From assembly GCA_030390025.1 (NCBI GenBank), contig CM059432.1, positions 151,964,001 to 152,028,000 of the forward strand: a DNA stretch of 64,000 nt, written 5' to 3'. The DNA comes from Squalus acanthias. Taxonomy: Eukaryota. This document shows positions 26,454-40,020 of the stretch, in pieces. The translations under genes and the position numbers were made by a program. Every line of letters starts with the position of its first letter. Position 1 is the stretch's first letter. Below the pieces are notes generated by a model that was not told where the DNA came from, searched no databases, and was given only the letters and a program-made list of their open reading frames with translations.

Positions 26454-27156
26454 TTCAGTTTTGGTCACACCAGGGGGAAAAAATTATGAACGGTACAGAA
26501 AAGATGACAATCTATTGTCAAATTTAACAGGGATGAGCTGTTGGAAAAGCTTAAATTTTGCACTCCAGCAGGAAGATGGTTCAGGGGCGACCTCATAGAA
26601 GTATACCAAATATTAACTGGTATAGATAAAACAAACCCAAAGTATTGCTTCAAAATGCCAAGAAAATAGGACCAGAAAACAGAATGGAAATTTGTGGATA
26701 ACAGATTTAGAGCGGTATCGGAATATTTTATTCCTAGTGATAAATGTTTGGAATAATCAACCAATCAAGATAATGGGCAAAAACTTTGGGGTTATTCAAG
26801 ATGCAATTGAGCTGCCATAAGTAAAGTACTGGAGTTTCATGGGCTAAATCTCCTTTTCTCAATGCTGATTTTTTTGAACGCATCATGTGCATGATATCAG
26901 TGTGTAGTGCCGTGAGAATGTGTGTCAGCTGATTGAGCCCGATGTGTTAATATGGTGAATTTTAAAAAAAAAATCCCCCTCTTTGATCCTTCCCATCTGA
27001 GGAGAATGCCATACCCCTAGAATCCTGCCCTTCAAATAGCCATAGTTATGGCGTGAAACTTTTGCGGTTAGATGAGACTTCAAATTCTGAAAACCTTCAA
27101 AGTTTGTATAGTGATAAATTTGTTAGCTTTGAATTTCTTTTTTCTTGGCGTTACAG

Positions 27157-27285
27157 CATACAATCAGAGCATTGGCACTGCGAGTTTTAAAAGAGATTTT
27201 AAAACACCAGCCGGAAAGATTCAAAAATTATGCAGAACTCACTATCATAAGGACACTGGAAGCTCACAAAGATCCCCAAAAAGAG
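27157..27285 (+). CDS. CLASP2: CLASP2 coding exon (HTIRALALRVLKEILKHQPERFKNYAELTIIRTLEAHKDPQKE)
   Basis: Polypyrimidine tract + TTACAG acceptor, GTTGGT donor; 129 nt, phase 0/0; this frame is not in the ORF track but matches the CLASP RFKNYAELT motif. Confidence 0.95.
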
Positions 27286-29779
27286 GTTGGTTGTTTACTG
27301 ATTTTTTTGAAAGTGAAGTAATAGCAAATTTAGTTTGTTTTACTGTTTCTCTGCAAATATTACTCTTTAACTGATCATCTAGCAAAAAAAAAAGATTTAC
27401 AACTGTATTGATTGTATGCAATCTTTTTAAGATACCATAATTTGGTCTGCAGCGCCAAAGAGTAAGGGCTACTAGACAATGTTTTTCCTTATTAATCCAA
27501 ACAAATGCTGTCCTTCAGCACAGTCTGTAAATGTGGGAACAAGCCCGTGCCTTTCAGCTGACAGCAATTTTAAATGCACAAAAAATGAAAACATTGTTTT
27601 AAAAAGAAAAATTCTATAATAATACCCATTCTGGAGTTATTTTCAGCTGATCCTGAAAGAACTTCCTACTAAGAGGACCCATTGTTCTTTGTACATTTAA
27701 TAGCTGAAAGTTGAGCATTTATGGAAAATAGTGTTATAGCAGTAGGACATGCAAAAAACGGTCATCTGTGTACATTACCGTCATGTCTCCACTGAGCTGA
27801 CTCGGAAACTAAAAACAAATCTTGATGTTGGCTCTCGTTGAGGCTTCTGCATAACTCTGCTGCTCCCTTATTATTACTCCAGTTTTTCTGTCTAAATCAA
27901 TTGCCTTTGATTTTTACAATCTGTCTGGTTTGCTCTTCCTCCCCAAAACCTACTGCTGTTGCTGATCTTTTTCCTCCTGCTCCCCTTTCTCTACATGGTT
28001 CAGTCGTTCCATACTTTTCTTTTTCTCTCCACTTGCAGCGAACAAAATGGTTGTTAATTTTGGAACACTCAAAGTGTCACAGAATCAAAAGGCAGTTTAT
28101 GGAAGTATCTTGGATAGCAGTCACTGGGAACTATGACGTTTAGTGCAGACATTGCAATCAGAAACTGGAGCCCAAAGATGCGTCAACTAGACACAATCAT
28201 GTTCACACATTCTCGCTCCCTTTATTCTGTTTGAAGGTTTAGTTACTGTTTATTTGTTCTACCTCCTCACACAATTAAGACTTGCACCATTCTTTGGGGT
28301 GGGGTGGGCAAGAGCAGAATCGCCTCAGGAGAGCGTTCCAGGAAGAAATTTCCACTCTTGCACAGCCATGATGTTTGTGTTGCCTCGCACTTTGTAAATA
28401 AAGCTTTTACTTGGACTGCAACATTAGGATTTTTTTTACCTGTATTGTTGATAGCAGTCAGAGCTGTTACCCATGCATATAGGAAGGAATTAAGTTTTTT
28501 TTCCCCCCATTTCCAGTGCTTTTCTACACGGTAAAATGGTGCAGTTTTACAGTACGTAGTTCACTACTTCGTCCTGTTAAAATTTCCTGAAGTACAGAAT
28601 AGTTTAGTTGAAAAATCATTAAAATTTGATTTTAGAATGGCCAATGTAAAATTATCATTTTGCCAATAGTGTTATTTTTTGTGCCTCAGTATCAGTCCAC
28701 TAGTTAAATCAGTTTTCATCAACTCGCCTTGCACTTCCATTTCTGGTTTGAACTTCTATATCACATGTCGTAGATTCTTCCCACTGGTTAACAACCACAC
28801 TATACCTGCATGCATTGTCTTTTGATATTATGCAACTTTAAGAAATGCAACAACCGCTTCAAAGTCACTGTGGCGATCTTGCTCACCAGAAGGTTATCAT
28901 AAAGACAAGAGTATACAAACTCAATTCTTCCAAATTCAGAGATCTAAAGTTCCAGAGAACTCTAGCTTCTGATCAGAAAACAAATCTAGTTCAGATAGAG
29001 TGTTCCCTCTCAGTAGCATTCTAGGAAAGATTCACCAGCACAGTAACAGTGCATATTGGCTTGTGTGGCCAGACAGAAAGTGTTGGGTTCCTCTAAGGCT
29101 CTCAAACTCTCCTCCAACATTATTCACAAACCCGTTTCATCTCAGGGTTCTTCAGTTGCTCCAGTATCATCTAACAGAATGATGATCAGTGTCTTCATCC
29201 AGATTATAGACAATTATTGGGACCTTTGATTCAACTATTTGCTGTACCTGGTGCCATCAAATTCAGCTGAGCACTGATTTGAAATTCCTGCTGTGGTGCA
29301 GAACACCAGTCATTGCTTTTGGCTGACAGACATTCTTAGCAATACACAAATGCAAGAATAAGTTGTTGACTACAGGTCTACCTTTCGCATTTTTTGAAGG
29401 ATACCTTCAGCACTGCACCTTGAGCCATAGTGAATATTTACAGTATTTATGACTGGCTTTGTTCCACAAAAATGTCATCCCTGTCTCATTGTTTTAGTAC
29501 TGACACTTGAGACATTGGCACCAAATATACCCTATATTATGCAACTTGGTTGGCATCACAACCAGCAGCAGTTGGTTAAAGCCTCATATGGGCTCTATCT
29601 GCTGCTGGTTCTGTGATGCCAATCAATTCCCTTACGGCAGAAGGTAATTCCTATTTTCTTTGAGAAGCAGAAGGGAAATATGTTTTTAAAGGACATTGAG
29701 AAAAAAATAGAAACTGTTCTTCACTCAAAAATCTAGTCTTTTTTTTGTTGATAACTGCAAGTTCCACTTTCCACTGGTA

Positions 29780-30140
29780 CAGTCTCCACCGCTTATAGCG
29801 GGCGCGTTGGTGTCAACACAACTATATGCGGTGGCCAGTGTAAACAAGAAATTGTTTCAAAACATGGAGGAAATCTTCATCCTCTGTCTCTGAACTTCCC
29901 ACTCTATCTAAATGCCCCAGTAATCCAAACGGTTTCACCTGTACTGTTGGAGAGCTGAAAGGGGCTGAAGTATGCAGCGGCACTTTAACAAGGTGCGTAC
30001 AGCTGCTTCATCTGCCCAGAATAGTCAGCCGCTAAATACAGTTTAAGCAGTGCCTTTGGTAATGACAAATGATTAGCGTCATTTGCCCGATATAGGCGGC
30101 TGTCCGGGATAAGTGAGGACGGTGTAAGTGGTGGGAACTG
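29780..30140. mobile_element. Tc1/mariner (Tigger/pogo-like) MITE
   Basis: TA-CAGTCTCCACCGCTTATAGCG ... CGGTGTAAGTGGTGGGAACTG-TA: degenerate TIRs, TA TSD. Confidence 0.65.
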
Positions 30141-32109
30141 TATTTCCGATCCCAGGGAACATGGGTAACTAAGACTCCATTTTAGACCTGATGAAGTTAT
30201 CATCAATTAAAATATTCCTAATTAAGTTACGGTCACTATTTCCCAAGTGTTCCAGATTTTCCTAATGTGATAGATTTGAGATCCTCCTTTTGTGATTGTA
30301 TTGGAGAGCCGGGGTCGCCTTGAAACCAGACAGATACATGGAGTTCCCACAGCCACTGAGGAATGTATGTTTGCACAACCTTGTAGCCTCATTTGTGTTT
30401 TTTTCGTGAACAAACTAAATATAAAAGACCCCCACTATGGGTTACCATACCAGTTGGACTTATATACTTCACAAGTTCCATTCCAATCTGCTCACCGGAA
30501 GTTTAACTTGACTCAGACCAGCGTTTAGGTGGCCAGAAAAAGCAGAGGCTCTGCAATTTAAATATGTTCTGATTCATATTAAAGTGCCAGTGAGGAGGAG
30601 AAATATGAGGGTAATTTTTCAGATTGTGCGCTCCCAGTATGAAACCCATTGCTGAGAGTACATATCAGGAAATTGCCTGCACCCAACATGTAGACTTGGC
30701 AGGCTATGTTCTGTTACAGAACACATAGCAGAAAACTTATCCTACAGTAGGAGATTGCATTATCCAATACAGTTATTAATTTTACCATAAGTAATATTTT
30801 GCAATGAGAGGGAGATGAGTAAAATTGACCCTTTGTCAGTTATCCAGAAACCCGCATTTTACCAGACAATGCATGTAATGTCCCAGCCTATAGAAAACAT
30901 TTAAATGATGTGATCTGCAAACTACTAAGTGTACATAATGCATTCAGCTTTTTTAAAATAATGGTTTATGTTCATCACACATAATAAATCATTGCATATG
31001 AAACTTTGTGTTCATTTAGTAACAAAATTCCATGCAAATTGTGTGAAGGTAGTTCAGTATATTTTCAGGATTGGATTTGATTAAGAAAATTATGAGTTGC
31101 TCACAGAGTTTGCTGCCTTTTACGGAATAGCTAAACTAGAGCTGTTACTTATAATGCACATTGCTCCAAACAATGGGATATAGTTATTTTATTACTTGTC
31201 AAATATTTTGTATTAATTTAACATCTTAAAAATCAGTTCAATAAACTTGTTTAGAGCTTTAGAAATATAAACCAAATCTTATGTTAATTAAGCAGTAGAA
31301 ATTTTTATTATGATGTATTGCAGATATTAAATAGTAATAAAAGATGAATCACCATATGCAGTGTCAGGGAATTCAGAATAGAAAGTTAAACTGAAGGACA
31401 AAGCAATTGAGCTCTTCACTATACTCATCAGTCCAGTACATCAAACATTGAGCAAGACCAGCATGAACAGCCCCCACCCTGACCCGGCCCCATTTCTTAA
31501 CATTATATTAATAACAAGCTTTTTACTTCTTGTTGCTTCTCTGAATGAATGGTACAATGTTACTGTGAAACCACCTTTGTTCCTTCCTTGTGCAGTTTGT
31601 GCATGCACACTCTGCAATGTTGGGGCCATTTTGTACATGTGCACAATCATTTTTTCCCCTTACACAGAGTGGCATGTGTTGTAGTTGGGATCTTTTCTGT
31701 GATGCTCACAATTGAGAGAACTAGAACCTTCCATTAGCAAAAGATCTTGGTCTCATGTGAGACTTCACCAAGTGTAGAAGCCTTGGGAGGCCAAGCTGCA
31801 ACTTATTTACCGGTTCTGCAAGTATATTCAATGTCTGAATATGTCCTCCATTTGTCCAAAGTCAGTTACCAGTCTGTCCCGAGGCTGCTTGCCGGGTTTT
31901 TTTCTTTTATAGTCTGCTATAGATGTGAGGCTGTAGCAGCATTGAATGCTGAAATGACACATTTGGTGCGTGTAAAATTCTATGCCTGTTCCTCCAAATT
32001 GCTGTTTTATCCCCTTGACTGATATTCAGAATAGCAACGCTGTAGAGTTTAGCATTTAAGGCAGGGTTAAATTGTTTTGCTGTTTGAAGCCCTTTACCCA
32101 AAAGTTACT

Positions 32110-32440
32110 TAGAATCATAGAATCCTACATCACAGAAGGAAGCCATTCAGCCCATCGTTCCTGTGTCAGCTGTTTGAAAGAGCTATCCAATTAGTCCTTC
32201 TCGCCTGGTCTTTCCTCATAGCCCTGCAAATTTCTCCTTTTCCGGTGTATATATCTAATTTCCCCTTGAAAGTTGCTATTAAATCTGCTTCCACCACCCT
32301 TTCAGGTAGTGCATAACAACTTGCTGTGTAAAAAAAAAAAAAATTCTCCTCATTTCCCCCCTGGATTTTTTGCCAATTATCTTAACTCTGTGTCCTCTGG
32401 TTACTGACTGTCCTGCCAGTGGAAACAGTTTCTCCATCAA
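32110..32440 (-). mobile_element. CR1 3' fragment
   Basis: TAGAATCATAGAATC tail and CR1 3'-UTR/ORF2-end homology. Confidence 0.75.
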
Positions 32441-33039
32441 TATTCTTTGTTGGCCATCAACCTATACACTCACTTGAGGTCATTTGCCGTGTCTGGCACA
32501 GGGTATTACTGGCCTTGGCAGATCTGCTGTCTCCCTTCAGTGTCTCCCTCAACTTGAAGTCTTGTTCACATTAATATAACTACTCTAAATGTAGTAAGAA
32601 CATTTGAGCTATTGAAAAATAGCGTTGACCCTGGATTGTGCAAGATAATCTTATCAAATCAGGACCAATCAGTGACCTGAAAGTAGAAGAATACTTGGAA
32701 AATTGTGACCATATCTAATTAGATTTATCATTAAACTAGATAATGAAAAAGGGGAATTCAAAATAATTTGTTGGACTAGAAAATAGTTACTTTCAGTGGC
32801 ATAAGTGGAGACTTAGCCAAGGTTAATTGGTTGGGAAAAATGGCAGGTCAAACAGGGCCAGCAGTTTGAGATATTTAAATATGAGTTGGTTGCGGTCAGG
32901 TTAAATAGATTTCAACTAGGAGTAAATTGGGTATGTCAAAACCCAGGTGTAACATTTTGAGATCTTACCTATTTGACATTGAGGGGATTTTTGGTTTAAT
33001 TTATGTATGATACAGCTACAAAGTTAGATTCATAAAAAA

Positions 33040-33230
33040 AACATGAGAAATAGGAGCAGGAGTAGGCCATTGAGCCCTTCGAGCCTGCTCCGCTGTTTAA
33101 TAAGATCATGGCTGATCTTTTACCTCAACTCCACCTTCCCGCACGATCCCCTTATCCCTCGATTAGCTTAGTATCCAAAAATCTATTGATCTCTGTCTTG
33201 AAAATACTCAACGACTGAGCATCCGCAGTT
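33040..33230 (-). mobile_element. CR1 3' UTR fragment
   Basis: AATAGGAGCAGGAGTAGGCCATT... shared with other CR1 copies. Confidence 0.75.
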
Positions 33231-33542
33231 TACAAAGGGTTAACTCCCAGAAATACACAGCCATTTAGAATGTTGTTTAGGTGGGGTTCTAGATGGAATA
33301 TCAAACAGGCCAGCCAGTATAGCTATCATAAACTGTACTTTTGCATATTGTGCCAGCTTTGAGACAGAGAGGTTACTGAGCACATCCAGGAGAGAGTTCC
33401 CAACCTGATGCTAGAATGGGTCCTCTTTTAATATGTTGTCAGGGGGCTTAGCTGGACAAACAGGTGCAATAAGCTTCCACTCTAAGGGGGGATAAGTTCA
33501 TTCAAGATAGTTGAGGGAGGGGTCAGAGGACAACTTTTGCCT

Positions 33543-34650
33543 CTTCTGTCGCTGTGTCTCTCTCCCTCCCTCTCTGTCTCTCTCCCTCCCTCTCTGTCTC
33601 TCTCCCTCCCTCTCTGTCTCTCTCCCTCCCTCTCTGTCTCTCTCCTTCCCTCTCTGTCTCTCTCCCTCCCTCTCTGTCTCTCTCCTTCCCTCTCCGTCTC
33701 TCTCCCTCCCTCTCTCTCTCTCTCCTTCCCTCTCTGTCTCTCTCCTTCCCTCTCTGTCTCTCTCCTTCCCTCTCTGTCTCTCTCCCTCCCTCTCTGTCTC
33801 TCTCCCTCCCTCTCTGTCTCTCTCCCTCCCTCTCTGTCTCTCTCCCTCCCTCTCTGTCTCTCTCCTTCCCTCTCCGTCTCTCTCCCTCCCTCTCTGTCTC
33901 TCTCCCTCCCTCTCTGTCTGCCTCCCTCCCGCTCTCTGTCTGCCTCCCTCCCTCTCTCTGTCTGCTTCCCTCTCGCTGTCTGTCTGCCTCCCTCTCTGTC
34001 TGTCTCCCTCTCTGTCTGTCCATCTCCTCCCTCTGCCTCTCCCTCGCCCTCCGCCTCTCTCGCCCTCCGCCTCTCGCCCTCCCCCTCCATCTCTCTCGCC
34101 CTCCCCCTCCGCCACTCCCCCCTCCGCCACTCTCCCCTCCCCCTCCGCCTCCGCCTCTCTCCCCTCCCCCTCCGCCTCTCTCCCCTCCCCCTCCCCCTCC
34201 GCCTCTCTCCCCTCCCCCTCCGCCTCTCTCGCCCTCCGCCTCTCTCCCCTCCCCCTCCGCCTCTCGCCCTCCCCCTCCGCCTCCCCCGCTCCCCCTCCGC
34301 CTCCCCCGCTCTCGCCCCCTCCCCCTCTCTCGCCCTTCCCCCCTCTCTCGCCCCTTCCCCCTCTCTCGCCCCCTCCCTCTCTCTCGCCCCCCTCCCTCTC
34401 TCTCGCCCTCCTCCCCCTCTCTCGCCCCCTCCCCCTCTCTCGCCCCCTCCCCCTCTCTCGCCCCATCCCCCTCTCTCGCCCCATCCCCCCCTCGCTCCCC
34501 GCTCTCTCCCTCCCTCTGCCACTCTCTCTCCCTCTGCCTCGCCCTCTCTCCCTCTGCCTCGCCCTCGCCCCCTCTCCCTCTGCCTCGCCCTCTTTCTTTC
34601 TCTCCCACGTCTCTCTCTCTCTCTCTCTTTCTCTCTTTCTCTCTCTCTTT
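33543..34650. repeat. Polypyrimidine/polypurine tract: ~18 copies of a 20-bp unit (CTGTCTCTCTCCCTCCCTCT) grading into CCT/CCCCCT-rich degenerate repeats
   Basis: Directly visible; explains the six overlapping low-complexity ORFs. Confidence 0.95.
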
Positions 34651-35617
34651 TGTATCCAATTTATTCTAGGTTATGAGATTTCACAGTAACACACACTTTA
34701 TTATAATGCGCAATATTATTTGCACCCAAGGGCCACATTATGATTGCGATAGAATTCTGTACACATTGAAAAGATTTCTATTTCATTTTAGTCATGGTTA
34801 TACATACTGTTATATCAAAATTACAGATATGGGAACATATGAATGGGTCATTTTAGTGACGTTCTTTTGAAAATATTTCCCAATTCTCATTATAGAAATA
34901 TGTTAAAGCTGCCATCTATGCACAGTATGTTTATACAAGGAAAATAATTTGTAAAAGTGAAGTATTATGAAATGTTCTACAATGTTTGTTCAAATATTTA
35001 ATATAAAATTATACGTCAACGAAAATTTTGCCGCCTTATTATTGTACACTAGTTTATCAGAATCCATCAGCCCTGCTGGTAGGAGACCAGCAACACTGGT
35101 GCTCTTTGTGTAGTTTGTGCACATTTAAATACAAATTGAGATGATTGTTTTCCAGCACAGTAAGTTTGACCACCTAAACTAAGTAGTGAAATGGTAGCAT
35201 GAGACTTCAGCATGTTTACTGTAATCTCAGCTAAACCATCTGGAGAGGAATCAAATGGAGGTGAGATGGAGAAGGAAGAATCTGGAGGCAAATAAACAGT
35301 TATCACAAACCAAGAGGCAGTCAATTTAAGAGCGGAATGGTACAAAGCTGCTCGCTCAGTAAAAGAATAGTGTCTAGCACAGGAGAAATCTGTGGGAGCA
35401 CGAAAACAGCATCCTGTCCATTAACAGTAATAGTAAATGGACAGATGGGTCCTATTGTGAATTAGGGTCACTGAGCTATTCTTTAATCACTCTCTACATC
35501 CCTAGGACCTTCTATACATATTTGTTATTGATTTTGTCCCCTTTTAATGCAGGTAAAACAATATTGTGCTAGCTGAGAAGCTTCATGGAATTCTAACATC
35601 TGTGTATTCTTCATTAG

Positions 35618-35824
35618 GTGGTAAGAGCTGCCGAAGAAGCTGCTACAGCCCTGGCAACATCCATCAGCCCTGAGCAGTGTATTAAAGTGCTTTGTCCTAT
35701 TATCCAGACTGCAGAATGCCCTATCAACCTAGCAGCAATCAAAATGCAAACCAAGATCATAGAAAGAGTCCATAAAGAGACTTTAAACCAGTTGTTGCCT
35801 GATATTATTCCTGGTCTGTTAATG
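35618..35824 (+). CDS. CLASP2: CLASP2 coding exon (VVRAAEEAATALATSISPEQCIKVLCPIIQTAECPINLAAIKMQTK...IIPGLLM)
   Basis: TAG acceptor, GTATGT donor; 207 nt; ORF 35618..35842. Confidence 0.95.
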
Positions 35825-37482
35825 GTATGTAGCTACGGTTGAACCTCAAATATAAATAATTTATATATTTTAATTTCAATCACCATAAAATAAATCAGTT
35901 ATAGTTGAAAATTGAATAGTGGGTAAATAACTGGCTTCAGCGTAGTAGTGATGTAAAGCAATAAAGGCATTTAGATGACATTGTAGCCAGAGTGAGTCTG
36001 AAATGGGGATTGGACAATTTGAGAAAAGTGTGTTGGATATGTGGTGCAATTTAATCCAGCAGTATTATCTCCATTATATAGTAAAATTGATAGATGGCTT
36101 ACCTCATTCGCAGAGGCACTTTGCTAACCCTTTTTTCCCCCTCTTCTACCATCCTACCCCTCCCCTCCTCTTACCCGGTTTCCCTTTTCCCCTCTGCTTT
36201 CCCTTCTTTCCTCTTCCCCACCCACCTCCTTTCCCCTGTTCCCCTTCCCCCTTCTTCCTTTCAACCTTTCTTCCCCTTCCCCTCTTTTGCCACTTCCACC
36301 ATTTCCTGCACCTTGGTCCCAAAATGCTTCCACCCTCTAACCCAGCTTGAACTGGAGACAGCAATTGGTCTTGACTACTCTTGTGCAATGCTGTAGACGA
36401 TTGACTAGTTTATTATTAACTACACTATGGTTCTACTTTCTGTCCCTTCAATTTTAAGCCCTTGGATTACTTGAAGTTCGTATTTTGCTTGTTTTAGAGT
36501 AGCAGTTATTTGAATTTATGGTCCATATTTAATATGGCTTGGAATAACGTTTGAATTTGGGGACATGGTGTTATGATTTGGGCTTTCGCCCAACACATTT
36601 AATTGTGTTTACATCAAAAAGGAAATAAGAGGGGCAAAGAGAGTATACGAGAAAGGATTAATGGGCAACATAAAAGGGAACACTAAAGGCTTTTATAAAC
36701 ATATAAAGAGTAAAATAGTCAAAGGAATGGGGGACCGAATAGGAACCAAAATAGAAATCCAGAGGGCATGGCTGAGCTACTAAATGAGTACTTTGCATCT
36801 GTCTTCACTAAAGAAAAGGAGGCTGCCATTGTCACAGTAAAGGAGGAGGTAGTAGAGAAATTGGATGGGATAAATATAGATAAAGAGGAGGTACTTCAAA
36901 AAGGTTGGCAGCGCTTAAAGTAGAAAAGTCAACCAGTCTGGATAGGATGCATCCTAGGTTGCTGAGGGAAGTAAAAGTAGAAATAGCGGAGGATCTGGCT
37001 GCAATTTTTCAATTCTCCTTGGGTACGGTAGTGGTGCCAGAGGACTTGAGGGTTGCAAATGTTACACCCCTGTTCAAAAAAGGGGAGAGGGATAAACCCA
37101 GTAACTACAGGCCAGTCAGCCTAATGTCGGTGGTGGGAAAACTTTTGCAGACCATAATCCGGGACAAAATTAATCGTCAGTTGGAAAAACATGGGTTAAT
37201 AAATGACATCCAGTTTGGATTTGTTAAACGCAAATCAGGCCTGACAAACTTGATTCAGTTCTTTGATGAAGTACCGGAGAGCTTTGACGAGGGTAGTGCA
37301 GTTGATGTTGTGTATATGGATTTTTAAAAGGCGTTTGATAAAGTGACAGATAATAGACTTGTTAGCAAAATTGAAGCCCATGGGATTAAAGGGGCAGTGG
37401 CAGCGTGGATATGGGATTAAAGGGGCCGTGGCAGTGTGGATATGAAAAAGAGACAGAACTGGCTAAGAGACAGAAGGCAGAG

Positions 37483-37703
37483 AGTAGTGGTGAAGTTATA
37501 AACAGAAAATGCTGAAAATACTCAGCTGGTCAGGCAGCATCTGAGGAGAGAGAATCAGAGAGAGAAGGGTCACAGACCTGAAACATTAACTCTGTTTCTC
37601 TCTCCACAGATGCTGCCTGACCTGCTGAGTATTTTCAGCATTTTCTGTTTATATTTCAGATTTCCAGAATCTGCAGTACTTTGCCTTTTGTAGTAGTGGT
37701 GAA
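37483..37703. mobile_element. Penelope-like mini-element (family A), inverted repeat, 12-bp TSD, truncated hammerhead
   Basis: TSD AGTAGTGGTGAA at 37483-37494 and 37692-37703; arms homologous to 45706-45770. Confidence 0.8.
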
Positions 37704-38111
37704 CAGTTGTTTTTCAGACTGGAAGGAAGTATACAGTGGTATCCCCCATTGGTCAGTATTAGGTCATATATATTTATGACCTGGACTTGGGTACACAAGG
37801 CATAATGTCAAAGTTAGCAGATGACACAAAACTCTGAAATATAGTAAACAGTGGGCAGGATAGTAACAGACTTCAGGAGAACATAGACAGACTGGTGAAA
37901 TGGGCAGACACATCGTAGATTAAATTTAATGCAGAGAAGTGTGAAGAGATGCATTTTGGAAAAAAGAATAAAGAGAGGCAGTATAAACTAAATGGGACAA
38001 TTTTAAAGGGGCTGCAGGAACAGAGAGACCTGGGGGTGTACATAAATAAATCTTTGAAGGTGGCAGGACAAGTTAAGAAGGCTGTTAAAAAAAGCATACG
38101 GGATCCTGGGC

Positions 38112-38348
38112 TTTATAAATAGAGGTCATGATGCGGAGATGCCGGTTGTTGGACTGGGGTGGACAAAATTGAGAGGTCGCACAACACCAGGTTATAGTCC
38201 AACAGTTTTATTTGAAATCACAAGCTTTCGGAGCTTACTACTCCTTCGTCGGGTGAAGGAGTAGTAAGCTCCGAAAGCTTGTGATTTCAAATAAAACTGT
38301 TGGACTATAACCTGGTGTTGTGCGACCTCTCAATTTTATAAATAGAGG
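38112..38348. mobile_element. Penelope-like mini-element (family B), inverted repeat, 14-bp TSD
   Basis: TSD TTTATAAATAGAGG at 38112-38125 and 38335-38348; homologous to the 18169 element in reverse; hammerhead-like core on - strand at 38218-38256. Confidence 0.8.
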
Positions 38349-39074
38349 CATAGAGTACAAATGCAAGGAAGTTATGCTAAACCTTTATAAGACACTGGTT
38401 AGGCCCCAGCTGGAGTATTGTGTCCAATTCTGGGCACCGCACTTTAGGAAGGATGTCCAGGCCTTAGAGAGGGTGCAGAGGAGATTTACTAGAATGGTAC
38501 CAGGGATGAAAGACTTCAGTTACGTGGAGAGACTAGAGAAACTGGGATTGTTCTCCTTAGAGCAGAGTAGGTTAAGGGGAGATTTGATCAAGGTGTTCAA
38601 AATCATGAAATGTTTGATAGAGTAAATAAGGAGAAACTGTTTCCAGTGGCAGGAGGGTCGGTAGCCAGAGGACACAGATTTAAGGTAATTGGCTAAAGAA
38701 CCAGAGGGGGAGATGAGGAAACATTTTGTCATTCAGCAAGTTATGATCTGGAAAGGGTGGTGGAAACTGATTCCGTCGTAAATTTCAAAAGGGAATTGGA
38801 TATATACTGAAAAGGAAAAATTTGCAGGGGAATGGGACTAATTGGATAGCTCTTTCAAAGAGCCGGCACAGAAGACGATGGGTCAAATAGTCTCCTTCTG
38901 TTTCATTTTATGAAAAACAGTCTCCATAAGCTTGACCAAGTCTCCTATGAACTGAAACATGCACCCATATGTGTGCTTTGATGAAATAGCAGGACTAATA
39001 ATTGCTACTCAATAGAGGTATGATTTACAGGAGATCATATGGGATTCCCTGCACATTCTCCTGCTTACCCTGAA

Positions 39075-40020
39075 AACAACAACAACTTGTATTTATATAG
39101 CGCCTTTAACGTAGTAAAACATCACAAGGTGCTTCACAGGAGTGTTATAAAACAAAATTTGACACTGAGCCACATAAGGATAAATTAGGGCAGATGACCA
39201 AAAGCTTGGTCAAAGAGGTAGGTTTTAAGGAGCGTCTTAAAGGAGGAAAGAGAGGTAGAGAGGCGGAGAGATATAGGGAGGGAATTCCAGAGCTGAGGGC
39301 CTGGGCAGCTGAAGGCACGGCCACCAATGGTTGAGCGATTATAATCAGGGATGCGCAAGAGGGCAGAATTAGAGGGCAGATATCTCGGGGGAGGGGGTGG
39401 TGGGGCTGGAGGAGATTGCAGAGATAGGGAGGGGCGAGGTCATGGAGGGATTTGAAATCGAGGCGTTGCTTAACCGGGAGCCAATGTAGGTCAGCAAGCA
39501 CAGGGGTGATGGGTGAACAGGACTTGGTGCGAGTTAGGACACGGGCAGCAGAGTTTTGGATGACCTCAAGTTTACATAGGGTGGAATGTGGGAGGCCAGC
39601 CAGGAGTGCATTGGAATAGTCAAGTCTAGAGGTAACAAAGGCATTGATGAGAGTTTCAGCAGCAGATGAGCTGAGGCAAGGGTGGAGTCGAGCGATGTCA
39701 CGGAGGTGGAAACAGGCGGTCTTAATTATGGCACGGATATATTGGAAGCTCATTTCAGACTGCTGACAGTCTGGTTCAACCTCAGACAGATGCTGGGGAG
39801 AGGGATGGAGTCGGTGGCTAGGGAACGGAGTTTGTGGCGGGGACTGAAGACAATGGCTTCGGTCTTCCCAATATTTAGTTGGAGGAAATTTCTGCTCATC
39901 CAGTACTGGATGTCAGACAAGCAGTCTGACAATTTAGAGATAGTGGAGGAGTCGAGAGAGGTGGTGGTGAGGTAGATCTGGGTGTCATAAGCATACATGT
40001 GGAAACTGACGCTGTGTTTT
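39075..40020 (-). mobile_element. L2 LINE 3' part
   Basis: ORFs 39750..39998 and 39145..39753 (SRLDYSN, LHWLPV); reverse complement of the 8780-9759 type. Confidence 0.95.

Larger units (their letters stand above)
36620..38912 (+). mobile_element. Degraded CR1 LINE (ORF2 RT to 3' end) hosting two Penelope-like mini-inserts
   Basis: ORFs 36905..37327 and 38320..38625; 31-bp tandem duplication at 37381-37442. Confidence 0.9.

Noticed and set aside
27072..27374. 100-aa ORF as an independent gene
   Set aside because: Overlaps the CLASP2 exon 27157-27285 in a different frame
29179..29270. Intronic C/D box snoRNA (ATGATGA ... CTGA)
   Set aside because: No convincing terminal stem or recognisable rRNA antisense element; such boxes occur by chance
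33482..34689. Six 328-392 aa ORFs (RE/GE-rich or SL/P-rich)
   Set aside because: Stop-free reading of a C/T simple repeat in all frames; no splice or codon evidence
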